Made by a program: the position numbers and the translations under genes. A stretch of DNA of 64,000 nucleotides from Octopus vulgaris (Eukaryota): contig OX597824.1 in assembly GCA_951406725.2 (NCBI GenBank), forward strand, positions 33,046,001 to 33,110,000. The letters are read 5' to 3'. Of this stretch, positions 24,377-36,735 are shown in pieces; position 1 is the stretch's first letter; each line of letters begins with the position of its first letter. The notes under the pieces were generated by a model. That model was not told where the DNA came from, searched no databases, and saw only the letters and a list, made by a program, of their open reading frames with translations.

Positions 24377-25241
24377 TGAGGTCTGATCAAAAAGTATCGG
24401 GACTGTTGTTATGGTAATGGAGCTAAAGTATGCAGAGTGAAGTCACATAGCACAGATTGACCTTAAATTCCATCACACATGCACACTAGATTATAATGGT
24501 CTCACTCGCTTCCATTGCTTATAGCAGTGCTTGGAAGTAAAGTGTGTAGAGTATGGTCATCTCAAAATTAAGATTGAGTTTCAGCTGTGAAAGATCTCTT
24601 TGATTGTGTCAAAGACAAAAATGTTTTGAAAATGGTCATAACAGGTGACAAATTGTGGATCTATGGTTATGACTTTGAAACCAATGTTCAGTCATTGCAG
24701 TGGAAGACCCCAACAAGATTTCAAGACATCAAAGAAATCCAAGAGAATATTGTGTGGCAGCTGCTTGCTATCCCCCAAAAGTAGTTCCAGGAATGTTTCC
24801 ATCAATGGAAAACAACACTGGATGAAGTGTGCAGCTTCAGAAGGGGACTACTTCAAAGAAGATTAAATGCCAAATTGATATGTGTCGTAGAAGGAAACGG
24901 CAAGGGGAAATAAGGAAGCTTCTAACAATGCAGTAAGTTTTACAAAAACTTCTATATTTCATGTGCAAAGCAACACTTATAGAGTGGCTACTACTCTGCT
25001 AACCAAATACCAAGGAGTTTGAGTAAAGTAACAGAATCAGTCTAACTAGACATTTCCAAAACTGCTTCCTTCTGTGGATGGGCCTTTGTGCCTGAAACAT
25101 AAAGGTTTTTGTAAAACTTTCTGCATTGTTAAAAAAAGCTTTCTTATTTTCCCTACAATGCTTCAAGTCAACTACAACACTCTTATGTGATGTAGTTTTC
25201 TTTTTATGACACCAGTCCTGCTGCTTTTTGGTCAGGCCTCA
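24377..25241 (+). mobile_element. Internally deleted mariner transposon (second subfamily)
   Basis: TIRs TGAGGTCTGATCAAAAAGTATCGGGACTG and CAGTCCTGCTGCTTTTTGGTCAGGCCTCA with TA flanks; VITGDKLWIYGYDFET and WMKCAASEGDYFKED motifs. Confidence 0.88.
24882..25180 (+). mobile_element. Penelope-like fold-back nested in the mariner, with decayed hammerhead
   Basis: Inverted arms at about 24903-24950 and 25102-25153; CCTT-CTGTGGA-T-GGGC/GCCT-GAAACAT-A-AAGG at 25068-25105. Confidence 0.6.
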
Positions 25242-25912
25242 TATATCATGCATTTAAGGAACAACTGCTCGTAAGCTTTCAGCAACTCAATTGCTGTTAT
25301 TTCATCAACAGAAGAGACACATAGTTTATATCATTTACTAGTTTCAGTCATTGGACAACAACCATGCTGGGGCATTGCCTTGAAAGGTTTAGTCAACACT
25401 TATTTTCTTCAAGTCTGGAACTTTAAAACAATACTGCTTGTGAAGCAGTGTAGGGAAGGTTGGGGTGCAAAAAAAAACCCCCACCACCACATTCACACAC
25501 ATGTAGATATATACATGATGGGCTTCCATACAGTTTCCATCTACCAAATTTACTCACAAAGCATTGGTTGGTCTGGCAGCTATAATAGAAGATATTTGCT
25601 CAAAGTGACATGCAGTAGGACTGAACCTGAAACCATGTGGTTGCAGAGCCAGCTTCTAAAAAACACTGCCATGCCAAGAACTTTTTTTTCCACATTCTGG
25701 TAGGTGAGTGCAGAAAGCTTCTGTTCAAACCATTGGTGTTGGCACCATGTGTTGAGAGATTGGATTTAATACATTCATGTTTTTACCTCTGTGAAACAAA
25801 GTATTTCAAGCCATGGTGGTAGTTTTGCTCTCATCCATGGTGGACTGCAACTTGTGTGCAATTTATAGAGAACTGTTAGTACAACATGCTGTCTCCTATG
25901 TTGGAAGTTGTT

Positions 25913-27135
25913 ACCAAAGTCCTAATAAGTAGGAAGGTAGACAAATCACAAACGCCTTCAGGTAGATGGCCCTGCTCGATCTGTAGAAAAGGTGTAGGTA
26001 GAAACTCTATAAGATGCACCAAGTGTAAGCTATGGACACATAAGAGGTGCAGCAATGTCAAAGGAAGGCTAACTGGGAAGATAGTTTTTGTATGTGGCAG
26101 ATGCTCAGGAGCAATAAACACTGAAAATGCTCTGAGACCAACTTCTGCTACATTCCAGGGAGAAAAACTAGAAATAGTTGATAGCTTCCGTTACCTAGGT
26201 GACCAAGTCAGTAGTGGGGGTGGGGGGCTGAAAGTGTAACTGCTAGAGTAAGAATAGCTTGGGCAAAGTTCAGAGAGCTCTTACCTCTGCTGGTGACAAA
26301 AGGCCTCTTGCTCAGAGTAAAAGGCAGACTGTATGACGCGTGTGTACGAACAGCCATGCTACATGGCAGTGAAACATGGGCCGTGACTGCTGAGGATATG
26401 CGTAAGCTCGCAAGAAATGAAGCCAGTATGCTCCGATGGATGTGTAATGTCAGTGTTCATACTCGACAGAGTGTAAGTACCTTGAGAGAAAAACTGGACC
26501 TAAGAAGCATCAGTTGTGGTGTGCAAGAGAGACGTTTGCGCTGCTATGGTCATGCGGCGAGAATGGATGAAGATAGTTGTGTGAAAAAGTGCCATACCCT
26601 AGCGGTTGAAGGAACCTGTGGAAGAGGCAGACCCAGGAAAACCTGCGACGAGGTGGTGAAGCACGACCTTCGAACTTTAGGTCTCACTGAGGAAATGACT
26701 AGAGACTAAGACCTTTGGAAGTGTGCTGTGCGTGAGAAGACCCGGCAGGACAAGTAAGACCATAACCCGGGATGTGCCAGTCCACTTATGCATACCTTTC
26801 CTTCTGGGACACGAAACTCTACTTGTGAAGACCTGTTGAGGCAAGTGAGAATCGAAATCGATCAACATCAATGGAAATTGCAGCTGTGATACCAGTGCCG
26901 GTGGCACGTAAGAGAACTATCCGAATGTGGCCGTTGCCAGCGCCGCCCCGACTGGCACGTAAAAAGCACCCACTACACTCACGGAGTGGTTGGCATTAGG
27001 AAGGGCATCCAGCCGTAGAAACATTGCCAGATCAGACTGGGCCTGGTGCAGCCTTCTGGCGTCCCAGACCCCAGTTGAACCGTCCAACCCATGCTAGCAT
27101 GGAAAGCGGACGCTAAACGATGATGATGATGATGA
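25913..27135 (+). mobile_element. Young 5'-truncated RTE LINE with PHD-like finger, C-terminus and complete 3' UTR
   Basis: ORFs 25886-26239 and 26293-26709: C4HC3 motif, VDSFRYLG, YDACVRTAMLHGSETW, RGRPRKT; (GAT)n tail. Confidence 0.93.
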
Positions 27136-27664
27136 TATATATATATATATATATATATGCAAGTGCAACTGTACGGTAAGAAATTTGCTTTCCAACCACA
27201 TGGTTCTGGGTTCAATTCCACAGTGTGGTACCTTGGACAAGTGTCTTCTACTATAGTGCTGTACTGCCCAAAGTCTTGAGAGTGGATTTGGTAAGACTGA
27301 AAGAAGCCTGTCATGTGTGTACATACATACACACACACACACATACATACATACATACATACATACATACATACATACATACATACGTATATATGTATGG
27401 CTGTGTTGCTGTCTTCTTGCCTTGATATCAGAAAATAGTCATGAAGGTCACCATCATACAGGAGGTGTCCTTTGTTCCCAATCATCCAAGAAAATATGTC
27501 TGGATATGGGGAAATATTATCATATTTGGAAACAGGTGAGGGCTGATCATAGGAAGGGCATCTGGCCATAGAAAATCCATCTCAACAAAATTCCATCCAA
27601 TCCATGCAAACAGAAAAGTGGATATCAAATGATTTAATACATACACACAAAAATATATATACAT

Positions 27665-30600
27665 ACATTGTAGCTCCATAAGGACAAATGTATTACAGAA
27701 TGTTTCTGATTTGCAAATGGTGGTTCTCACTTCCTAATCTAACCTGCTTCCAATAGCTCATAGTGTGCCATAGAGACAGTACATATATAGAATCTTCTGA
27801 CCACACCAGTTTTCCATCTATGACTTTGCCCTCAATCTCAAGCTGCATTTTATTAGGCAGCCTTCAATTCCCAAAAGCATAATGCAGGCTCAGATGGGTT
27901 TCTCTTCTTTCATAAAACCATTGCTTTACATTTTAATGATTCAAATAGTGATTTTGCATTTTGGCACACAAGGCCAGCAATTTCAGGGAGTGGAGAAGTC
28001 GATTACATCAACCCCAGTGCTCAACTGGTACTTGTTTTATCAACTCCAAAAGGATGAAAAGCAAAGCTGACCTCAGCAAAATTTGAACTCAGAACGTAAG
28101 GATGGGCCAGATTTGTTGATTCAAATATTACCTTGGAACCGTGTGCCCTGGCTTTCATCTTCACACGATATCTGTATAAGCTAACAGCTGCAACATTGTG
28201 TTCACTTGTTTATTTTACCTGTACAAACAGTATGCAGTTACACCTCATTTTCACAATGGTTGAACAGAATGTCTATGAAGACTAAGACCAGAAGTGGCCC
28301 AAGCATTGAGCTTTGTGGGACTGATATACAAAAGTTTCCCATATATCCTTTTTTAAGTTCAGCTTAGCAGAGGGTTCATTGTGTAAACTATGAAAAGATC
28401 TTTTGATGTCCCAAGTTCTGTCACACAGCTCTTCACCTGTAATTACAAACATGCTCCACACATGAGAAAGAATAGTGAGAAAATATGCTGGGTCATGCTT
28501 TGATTGAAAACCGAATTGTCTTCCAGAGATAGTTGATTTTTTTTTTTAAAGCAAATAAGTTTTGAAATTGTTTATGGACCAGTGAATCCATCATTTTGCT
28601 GATAATGTTGAGTAATAATTTAAGGATCACAGTAAAGATTTTCTATTGGTTTGAAGACATAGCATAAGTGAAGCAAAGGTGAAATAAGCAATACAAGAAC
28701 ATATTGTCAGGTTATTTGGTTTTTAAATTTGGACTGCAAGATTCTAGATATGAAATCAAGTATTGAAACTGATTTTGCTGTACCTTGGGAGGGTCATTTT
28801 GTTGATAAGAAACACATGCACTGGTTCTATTTCACTTATTATTATCATTGGTTACTGAAGGGTGATGAGTTGGTATCACCAGCACATCAGATAAAATGCT
28901 TAGCAATATTTCTTCTAGCTCTTTATATTCTGAGGTCAACTTTCTCTTTCACACTTTGTCAATAAAATAAGTACCAGTTGGGCACAGGCGTTGATATAAT
29001 CAACTAGTCCACTCCTCTGAAATTCCAAGCCTTGAGCCTATAGTAGAAAGAAGTATTAGTCACCTAGTTAATTATTCTGCTCAGAATTTGATCAAAGCCA
29101 CTGGCTTTAACAGTCACCACATTATCTGCATGATGCCCTTTGTATTGAAAATTCATGCTTGATCAATAGTGGTTGGACATCAGTAGAAGACACACAACAA
29201 CTTCAACAAAAACCTGCCAGAAGACACTGGCTTTTACCATTTGCCATTTTGTATGCATGGTTCTATTATGCTTAACCCTTTAGTGTTCAGGTTATTCTGT
29301 CAAATGTAATACATATTCAACCACATTGATTTGAATTAATCACGCATTACCTTTGTAATTTTGAGGTTTCAATGATGTGATTGCTTATGTTTTGAATGAC
29401 TTTGTTAGGTATAGGTGAGAGGCCAAATTTGACCAGTTTGAACATAAAACAGGTAGAAAAGTTTGGGCCAGACATAGCCAGTTTAACCCATTAGTTCCCA
29501 AATTTCTTTATTTAATTTATTACCAAAAATCTTTTTTCATGCAACTTTATCTGATAGTAAATATATTAAAAAAATGTTATTACAATATTTGAAAGACACT
29601 CCAGTCTTGATGACTAACTAAACTAATCTCAGAAAAATACAGATGTTACAGAAATATGATAGATTATCCTTCTGGTCCTAAAAAAAGAACCATGGACACT
29701 AATGGGTTAAATGCTAAAGGATTAATGACAAGCACATGGGAAATGCTCTCCACATCTAGCTGTCGATGCTCATCTTGTATTAGTCTGTCACCATAATATC
29801 ATTTCACTTTACTCTTTACATAAATGTAGCTGTGCTTTATATTTTTTGTTAACTTTGATTTATTCTCTGCAGTATTAGCTTTCTTCTATGAATAGATAGA
29901 AAAGACAGGATTCCCTCATGGAAGTCCTTTTTCTACATTTGTCATCAAACCAAGTTTTGCCAACTGGCTTTTTACTTTATGATTTTACTTGAGATGAAGG
30001 TGTAGAAGGCTCTACAAAAAGACATTGTCACCTGTTTCCACATTTTCTCAATATCTTTAAAGATAATCTTTTTTCAAAGACAGCTGACCAGTCAACTAAT
30101 GTTGCATGACATAAATTTGCTCTTTTGCAACAGTTCCTCCTGGTACAGTAGACCATTTAGTTTCAGTAGTAGTGGATTATGGTCTGAGCTACAATTGTGG
30201 AATCTCCAGGAAAGTCTATCAGAACAACAACAAAAGTGCTGTCCCCACTTGCTGGGGACAACATTATTGATGTGTCAGCTGGACACCCCATTGCCAATAT
30301 TTACCTCTTTGCAGCTCTGACTGATCATTCTCTCCCTCTCTTCTAAATGTGAGTAGCCATGCAGCTCCCCTACAAGAACATGCTCTGCCTCACATCCCCA
30401 TCCCATACCATCTCTCAAACTTTAAACCCTTGTCCTCTAGCATAGAGCCTTCACCCTCAGGATCCATAATTTTGTGAACTGCATGGTGATCTCAAAAGTG
30501 CTGGTGGGACACATAAGTACAGTATATGCTATAAAGTGGTTGGCATGAGGGAGGGCATCCAGGTATGAAAACCAAGTCAAAGTAGACACTGGAGATCAAA

Positions 30601-31170
30601 GCAGTCCTTGGACCCAGTGAATCCTTTCAAACTGTCCAACTTATGCCAATATGGAACATAAATGTTAAATGATGATGATGAAAACTAAAGTAATCAGTAA
30701 GTTGTGTGATAGCTGAACAAGCTGGTAAAATGGAGAACATTAAAATTTCCAAGTATAATGGACTTTACTTCAAACACACACATTTTTTGTGTAAATGCTA
30801 CAGCAAAGTCAAAACAGTCCAGTAGATCCACATCAGCACTAAGAGGTCTACAGATGGTTCCATGTTTCTGAGACCAGACAGCAATAATTCCAGATCCTTT
30901 GGGTCTTTTCTTGCATTGCACCAGATATCCTAATCTCATCTCTTTAGTAGCACAGTGTATCTGAGAGCCATCAGGGATTATTGAGTCCAACAAAATTTCT
31001 ATAACAATGACTTGGGAAAACATCAGTGTAAAACACAAAGGTTAGATGTGAGACCATATATGACTATTTTCATGGTTTTAGGTCAATGTCATTAAGTCAG
31101 AGAGTAAATACAAGTATTTTAGTTGCTTTTTCAGTTTTGGAATTTATTGAGATTGTTGTTTCATGGGAAG
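27665..31170 (-). mobile_element. Highly decayed CR1/L2/Jockey-type LINE (APE plus RT), fragmented by later insertions
   Basis: APE motifs VIVIEILLDSIIPDG...GYLVQCKKRPKGSGIIAVW...IILGNFNV (30694-31038) and SDHNPL (about 30175-30190); RT motif PQSSMLGPLLVLVFIDIL (about 28265-28320). Confidence 0.75.
29487..29706. mobile_element. Second piggyBac-like MITE nested in a TTAA of the first
   Basis: TTAA|CCCATTAGT...ACTAATGGG|TTAA inside the element at 29276-29721. Confidence 0.8.
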
Positions 31171-31400
31171 ATTGTTGTTGATAGACTGCTGAAATAGTTT
31201 GCTTAAGTTTTCCAGATACATCTAACTCCCTCCCACCTTCCTCTCCTTCTTTGTCCTACTGTGGTAGCCAAGTGTCTCCTCAATAGTGAGAGGGCTACCT
31301 CTGTGCCTCTATCATGCTCTAATCTCTCAGTTCCACTCTCTCTCTTTCTCTCTCGGTGGAGAGGTCCTTGTCTTGCAAGCTCATGAATGCTGGTGTTACG

Positions 31401-31850
31401 TATAAAACACCCATGCTGGTGCCAGGTAAAAAGCATGTGCTAGTGCCATGTATAAAGCACCCATGTTGGTTCCACATATAAAGTACCCACACTGGTGCCA
31501 GATATAAATCACCCATGCTGGTATCACATATGAAGCACCCATGTTGGTGCCACATATAAAGCACCCATGTTGGTGCCAGATATAAAGCACCCATGCTGGT
31601 ATCACATATGAAGCACCCATGTTGGTGTCACATATAAAGCACCCACACTGGTGCCATGTATAAAGCACCCATGTTGGTTCCACATATAAAGCACCCATGT
31701 TGGTGCCAGATATAAAGCACCCATGTTGGTATCACATACGAAGCACCCATGTTGGTGTCACATATAAAGCACCCACACTGGTGCCATGTATAAAGCATCC
31801 GTGCTGGTGCTACGTATAAAGCGCCTGTGCTGGTGCCATGCATAAAGTAC
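31401..31850 (+). repeat. 26-bp minisatellite (about 17 units) inside a family D element
   Basis: Unit TATAAAGCACCCATGTTGGTGCCACA; variant units recur in blocks. Confidence 0.92.
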
Positions 31851-32342
31851 TCAATACACTCTAAATTAGTTAGTATTAGGAAGGGCATCCAGCCATAGAA
31901 ACCATATCAAAACAGACAACAAGAGCCTGGTACAGCTCTTCAGCTTGCCAGCTCATGTCAAACCCTCCAACCCATGCCAGCATGGAAAACAGATATAAAA
32001 TAAAGATGATGATAATTTCTAAAAATGAGTTAACTTTGTTATTTAAGCTTTTGTCAAAGTGTTTTCTGGTACCGAATCATTTTATTTGAAGTTCTTCAAT
32101 GGTCAATATAAGCTGATGTTGATGTTTAATATTTCTTTGTTTTTTTAAATACACACACACATATATATATATATAGATATAGATAATACCAGGCATGCCT
32201 GTGTGGTAAGAAGTTTGCTTCTCAATCACCATGGTTCTGGGTTCATCACAACTGCATGGCATCTTGGGCAAGTTTTTTCTACTATAGCCTCAGGTTGACC
32301 TTCTAAGTGGATCTGCTAGATGGAAACTAAGGGAAGCCCATC

Positions 32343-32386
<44 letters not shown>

Positions 32387-32389
<3 letters not shown>

Positions 32390-32528
32390 GTAACTTCGGT
32401 GTAAGTATCGGAAGTACCGGATACATTTCAAGAAAGTGTTTTTTTTATATATGGGTGGGAGAAAAGGGTTTCTGTTATCTTCAGAAATGTAAACAAAGTC
32501 ACGTGTGTACCTATACCGAAGGATCGCC
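32387..32528. mobile_element. Merlin-like MITE inserted in the (TA)n of a SINE
   Basis: TIRs GGCGTAACTTCGGTGTAAGTA and TACCTATACCGAAGGATCGCC; GG...CC termini; shares CTTCAGAAATGTAAA with 49451-49884. Confidence 0.6.
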
Positions 32529-33022
32529 ATATATATATATACATATATATGTGTGTGTGTGTGTGTGTGTGTCCTCCACCACTGCCTGGGAACCGGTGTT
32601 AATGTATTTACGTCTCCCTAACTTGGCAGTTCGGCAAAAAGGGATCGATAGAATAAGTACCAGACTTTCAAAACAAATAAGTACTGGGGACAATTCGCTT
32701 GACTAAAAGTTCTTCAAGGGGGTGCACCCAGCATGGCTGCAATCTAACGACTGGAATAAGAGGGGCGGGGGCGTGCGTGTGAACGCAAGCGTGTTTATGT
32801 CCCTTTGTCTCATATTATGTGGTACTTGTAAATGAGTGTAACCATCGCAAGAAATACTGCTTATTATCAATGTTCTGTGAAAATGTCTGACCATGGGGTA
32901 ATATTACCTTGCTCGGAAACATGCGTGTTGGCGACAAGGACATTTTGGCCATAGAAAATCTGCCTCAATAAACTCCGTCCGACCCATGCAAAGTGGGCGT
33001 TAAAACGTACGTAGATATACCC

Positions 33023-33113
33023 GGCGGAGGTAAAAAAAATACGGACACCACCCGTTTTCGGCGTTACCCTAACCCTAAACACCGGGTGTGCGTGTGTATT
33101 CTTTACCTTCGCC
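33023..33113. mobile_element. 91-bp Merlin-like MITE with 9-bp TSD
   Basis: GATATACCC|GGCGGAGGTAAA...TTTACCTTCGCC|GATATACCC; internal CCCTAACCCTAA. Confidence 0.75.
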
Positions 33114-35624
33114 GATATACCCAAACTAGGATTCTACCATCCAACATGACCTTCCACCTTTAATGCGGTAGAATGAAATCGGAGGTGGGTTTGGCCGCTA
33201 TTTCGAGCAGGGTGTGTAACTAGTCAGAGGCTCGCTCGTCGGCTCGCGTATTTTCGGTGTTGAATAAGAAACAAAGATGAGTCAGTAAGCAAACACTCAG
33301 AGATGGAAGTGCTTAACGAGAGCCTGAGTTTGGAAGTGAGAAGGAAATCATGCGTATTAACTGAAGTAAAAGTAACTTAGAGCGGACGTTGTGGTACCAT
33401 AGTTATAACAGTTAATTGTTGTTGAGCACTAATTGCAACAAACCTCACCCAGTTCTGCCGATACACCTTCATACTAAAGGGTTAAAATATGTGTGCACTG
33501 GTGCCTTCACGGTAAAGAGGATAGGCCAAAATCACAATGTTCATATATACAATTACTGATGAGTTAAAAATAGTAGAAAACAAGACTGAATAGTTTAAAA
33601 CTTATAGAGAAGCAAATTACAAAGTCACTGAGACAAATATTTTTATGGCAAAATGGTGTGTTTCGTATTCCATAATCCAAATTCGAGAAAGAGAGTAACA
33701 AAGTGATACAAGAAAATATCTATCGAATTCAAATTTGTGTTTAAAAAATTCTAGTCTTTCTATTATACAATCCTCTGTTTTGACGTGATGTAAATTAAGA
33801 CTCTCCTTCAAAATTTCATGTTATGCTCCAAGCATCAGCTTAATAATGACAACGTTATTTTTACTTACATTATTTTCAGAATTAATTGAGATCAAATGCA
33901 GTATAGTGCAACAGAAATGTGCTAACAAAAGGGTTAAATGCGAGAACTGAGCTCGTATTTATTGATCAGTCGAATAATCCATTAGAACTTTGATATTTAA
34001 CAATAACATTACACCATTCAGCAGTAACGTATACTGTGAAAAATGTTTAAAATCCCCACCACCAACACCAAAAAACAAAACAAAAAAAAAACGAACGAAC
34101 AAGGGAACCTAAAATATTACCCTGAATTCACACACACAAAAAAGGTCGCACTGAATTATGTAGTTGTAGTTAGGTTAACTCTTGAAAACAAAACAGGGTG
34201 GTCACAACTGGAGAGCCTTTCATCATAGGTCTGCCCAATCAAGATCTCTCTGGAAACGAACAACAATAACAACGGCCTTCATCACATTTAATTTACCGAC
34301 AATTTCAATTTGTCAAATTTAATCCTAAAATTATTAAATCCCCATGGTGGCCTTTATAACTGTAAACAAAGAATACAGTTCCATAGTTGATGTCTTTTTG
34401 TGAATAAGATCCACAAGATTAATTAATATGCCGAGAGCAAAAAAAATTTTTAATTCACTTAAAATAAACGGGGATTTCTGCTCTTTCACCTTGATTCTAT
34501 GTTGTTATTAGAATTATTTCCTTCGTTTTGTGTTGTTATTTCCATTTCATTTTGATTGTCTCGAATTGTTTACCTTTCTCGTGACTCGTGTTCTAGAGGT
34601 CACAAATGTACAGCAATCCACGCTTGATAAAAACCCCGGACAAATAAATCAACAATTAATAATACACAGGGAATATTTCTACCTCACAACCACAATTATT
34701 ATCGAGACTGTCTTGTTACTATTATACACATCACACACATACATAACTAAATAAACATCACAAGTAATGTTATATGTCACATAGCAAACATTCCAAACAA
34801 ATTTCTATTTGATAAATAAACATCCGCTGGTTTGTTTATTATTATCAGCAAAATAATTACCAAATTTATTAATTTAGGAAGAAGATATTTCATGGAGAAA
34901 AAAAAAATAATAAGTGAAATTTTTAAAGAAAGCCACGCTTGAAGAGGTAGGGTTAGGGTTATCATACAAAGTCGAGATATTTCTAAGAATTAACATTGCT
35001 GAAAGCATATTGAATAACGAAGTCTATTTGTTCATGTTTGAGACATCTTCCATCAGACTTGGGAGAAATAAGTTTAGTAAATTGTCGCTAAAGCAATTTA
35101 ATCTCTGGTTTAATGCTTTAGATATTATACAAAAATTGGATTTTAATAAAAATAAATACATTAAATTAATCACATTCGCAGACAGAGTGTATAGTATCTT
35201 AACACTCATCAACAGTTAAGTTATAAATGCGTAGGAATTTTGGAGTAACATCTGAGTAGGTAAGGTATCTATCTCTGTTGATGAGGAGGCAGTGTGCAGT
35301 TTGGCAATCGTTGGTAAGTTAGTTGTAAGCAATGTGTATGAGAGTGTGTGTGTGTGTGTAAAGAGAACCATCCTGACGAATTAGTTACCAGAATAATGGA
35401 ATGCGATTAGTGAATATACTCGTTAGACATATATGCGCACATAAATTATACATACATGTTTGTGCATGTGTGTGTGTCATGCATGTTTATATAAAATGCT
35501 TTAAAAAAAACGAGATCTAAGGACTATGAGGAGAGAATAAATACAATGTTATACAAATAAAATATTTGTAATTTGTATTACTGAATGTAGATATCACATT
35601 TGCTTCTGAAGATGAAACGATGAT

Positions 35625-35659
<35 letters not shown>

Positions 35660-36715
35660 GGTAGGTAGGTAGGTAGATAGATAGATAGGTAGATAGATAG
35701 ATAGATAGATAGATGTGTGTATACACACATACACGAATACTTTTGTGGCGTTTTGCTTAAAATATTACAATTAATAACGTGGGGGGAGGAGACGATATAA
35801 TAAAGTTTCGTAAAATATAAATACACTAGGTGAAAATGTAATTTCTACTAAAGTAAATCGAAACAAATCAGATTGTCAACGATAATATTAACTGTGAGAT
35901 GTATGTAGAGTCGATCACAAAAAAACAAAAAAAATCACTGATGGCAGCCTAAAATAAAGTAGGATTTCTTAAATAAATTGCGAAACAGAGATTTTTCAGA
36001 ACAAAACACTTCTACTATAACGACAAATTGCAGCCAAAGTATATTTATAAATGATTGTATTATGCATATATTCGTTTGAATTCTATCACGGGTATGGCTA
36101 TCAGTCTATCGAAGCTGATGATACCAAATAACCTTAGTGAGATGGGGAGAGAGACAAACACTACGTTGTATATACATTTGTGTGTATGTGTATATATATA
36201 TATATGTATATATATATAGGTATATTTATTTATGAAGTATATATTTTGAATATATACACACACTGATTTTTAACTGCTGTGTTTAGTTATGGCTAAGGTG
36301 GGACAGCACAACAGCATCACCATCATTAGTTGCGTTACTACGATGATGAGCAAAAGGTAACGCCTATTATATATACTACAAATACAACACAGGAAGAAAA
36401 AGGAATGACTATATGATACAATAATAATAATCATTATTATTAAACCATCATTAACGTTGGTTAAACTATAAAGTAAAATATAAATCCGTGAAAATAAAAT
36501 ATATATATATGTATATATGATAGAGGTCTAATTCTGTAATGGAGAGAAACTGACGGTTGATGTAAGAAATTTTAGCATCAAAAGTTTATTAAAAGTTAAT
36601 GATTGCATGGAGACTAAATGTCAGGGGGCAAAGCAAAAGATGAGATAAATAATAAGGATGATATACTATATAAATTGCAAGGCGATTGAATAATAATTGA
36701 AGAGGGTTTACTTAC

Positions 36716-36735
36716 GAAAAGTGATTGTTGAGCAT
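36716..36735 (-). CDS. Putative coding part of a first exon (MLNNHF plus 2 nt) of an unidentified host gene
   Basis: ccaacATG context, upstream in-frame stop, ends at TC|GTAAGT donor (36715-36710), inside CpG domain 1. Too short for homology support. Confidence 0.3.

Noticed and set aside
33067-33078. Telomeric repeats suggesting a chromosome end or fusion (also 34948-34960 and 49551)
   Set aside because: Only about two units each, mostly inside MITEs.
34914-35219. 101-aa ORF in unique DNA of CpG domain 1
   Set aside because: Non-ATG start, composition reflects AT-richness, no recognisable motif.
35370-35405. CTGACGA hammerhead-like heptamer
   Set aside because: No stem II or downstream GAAA.
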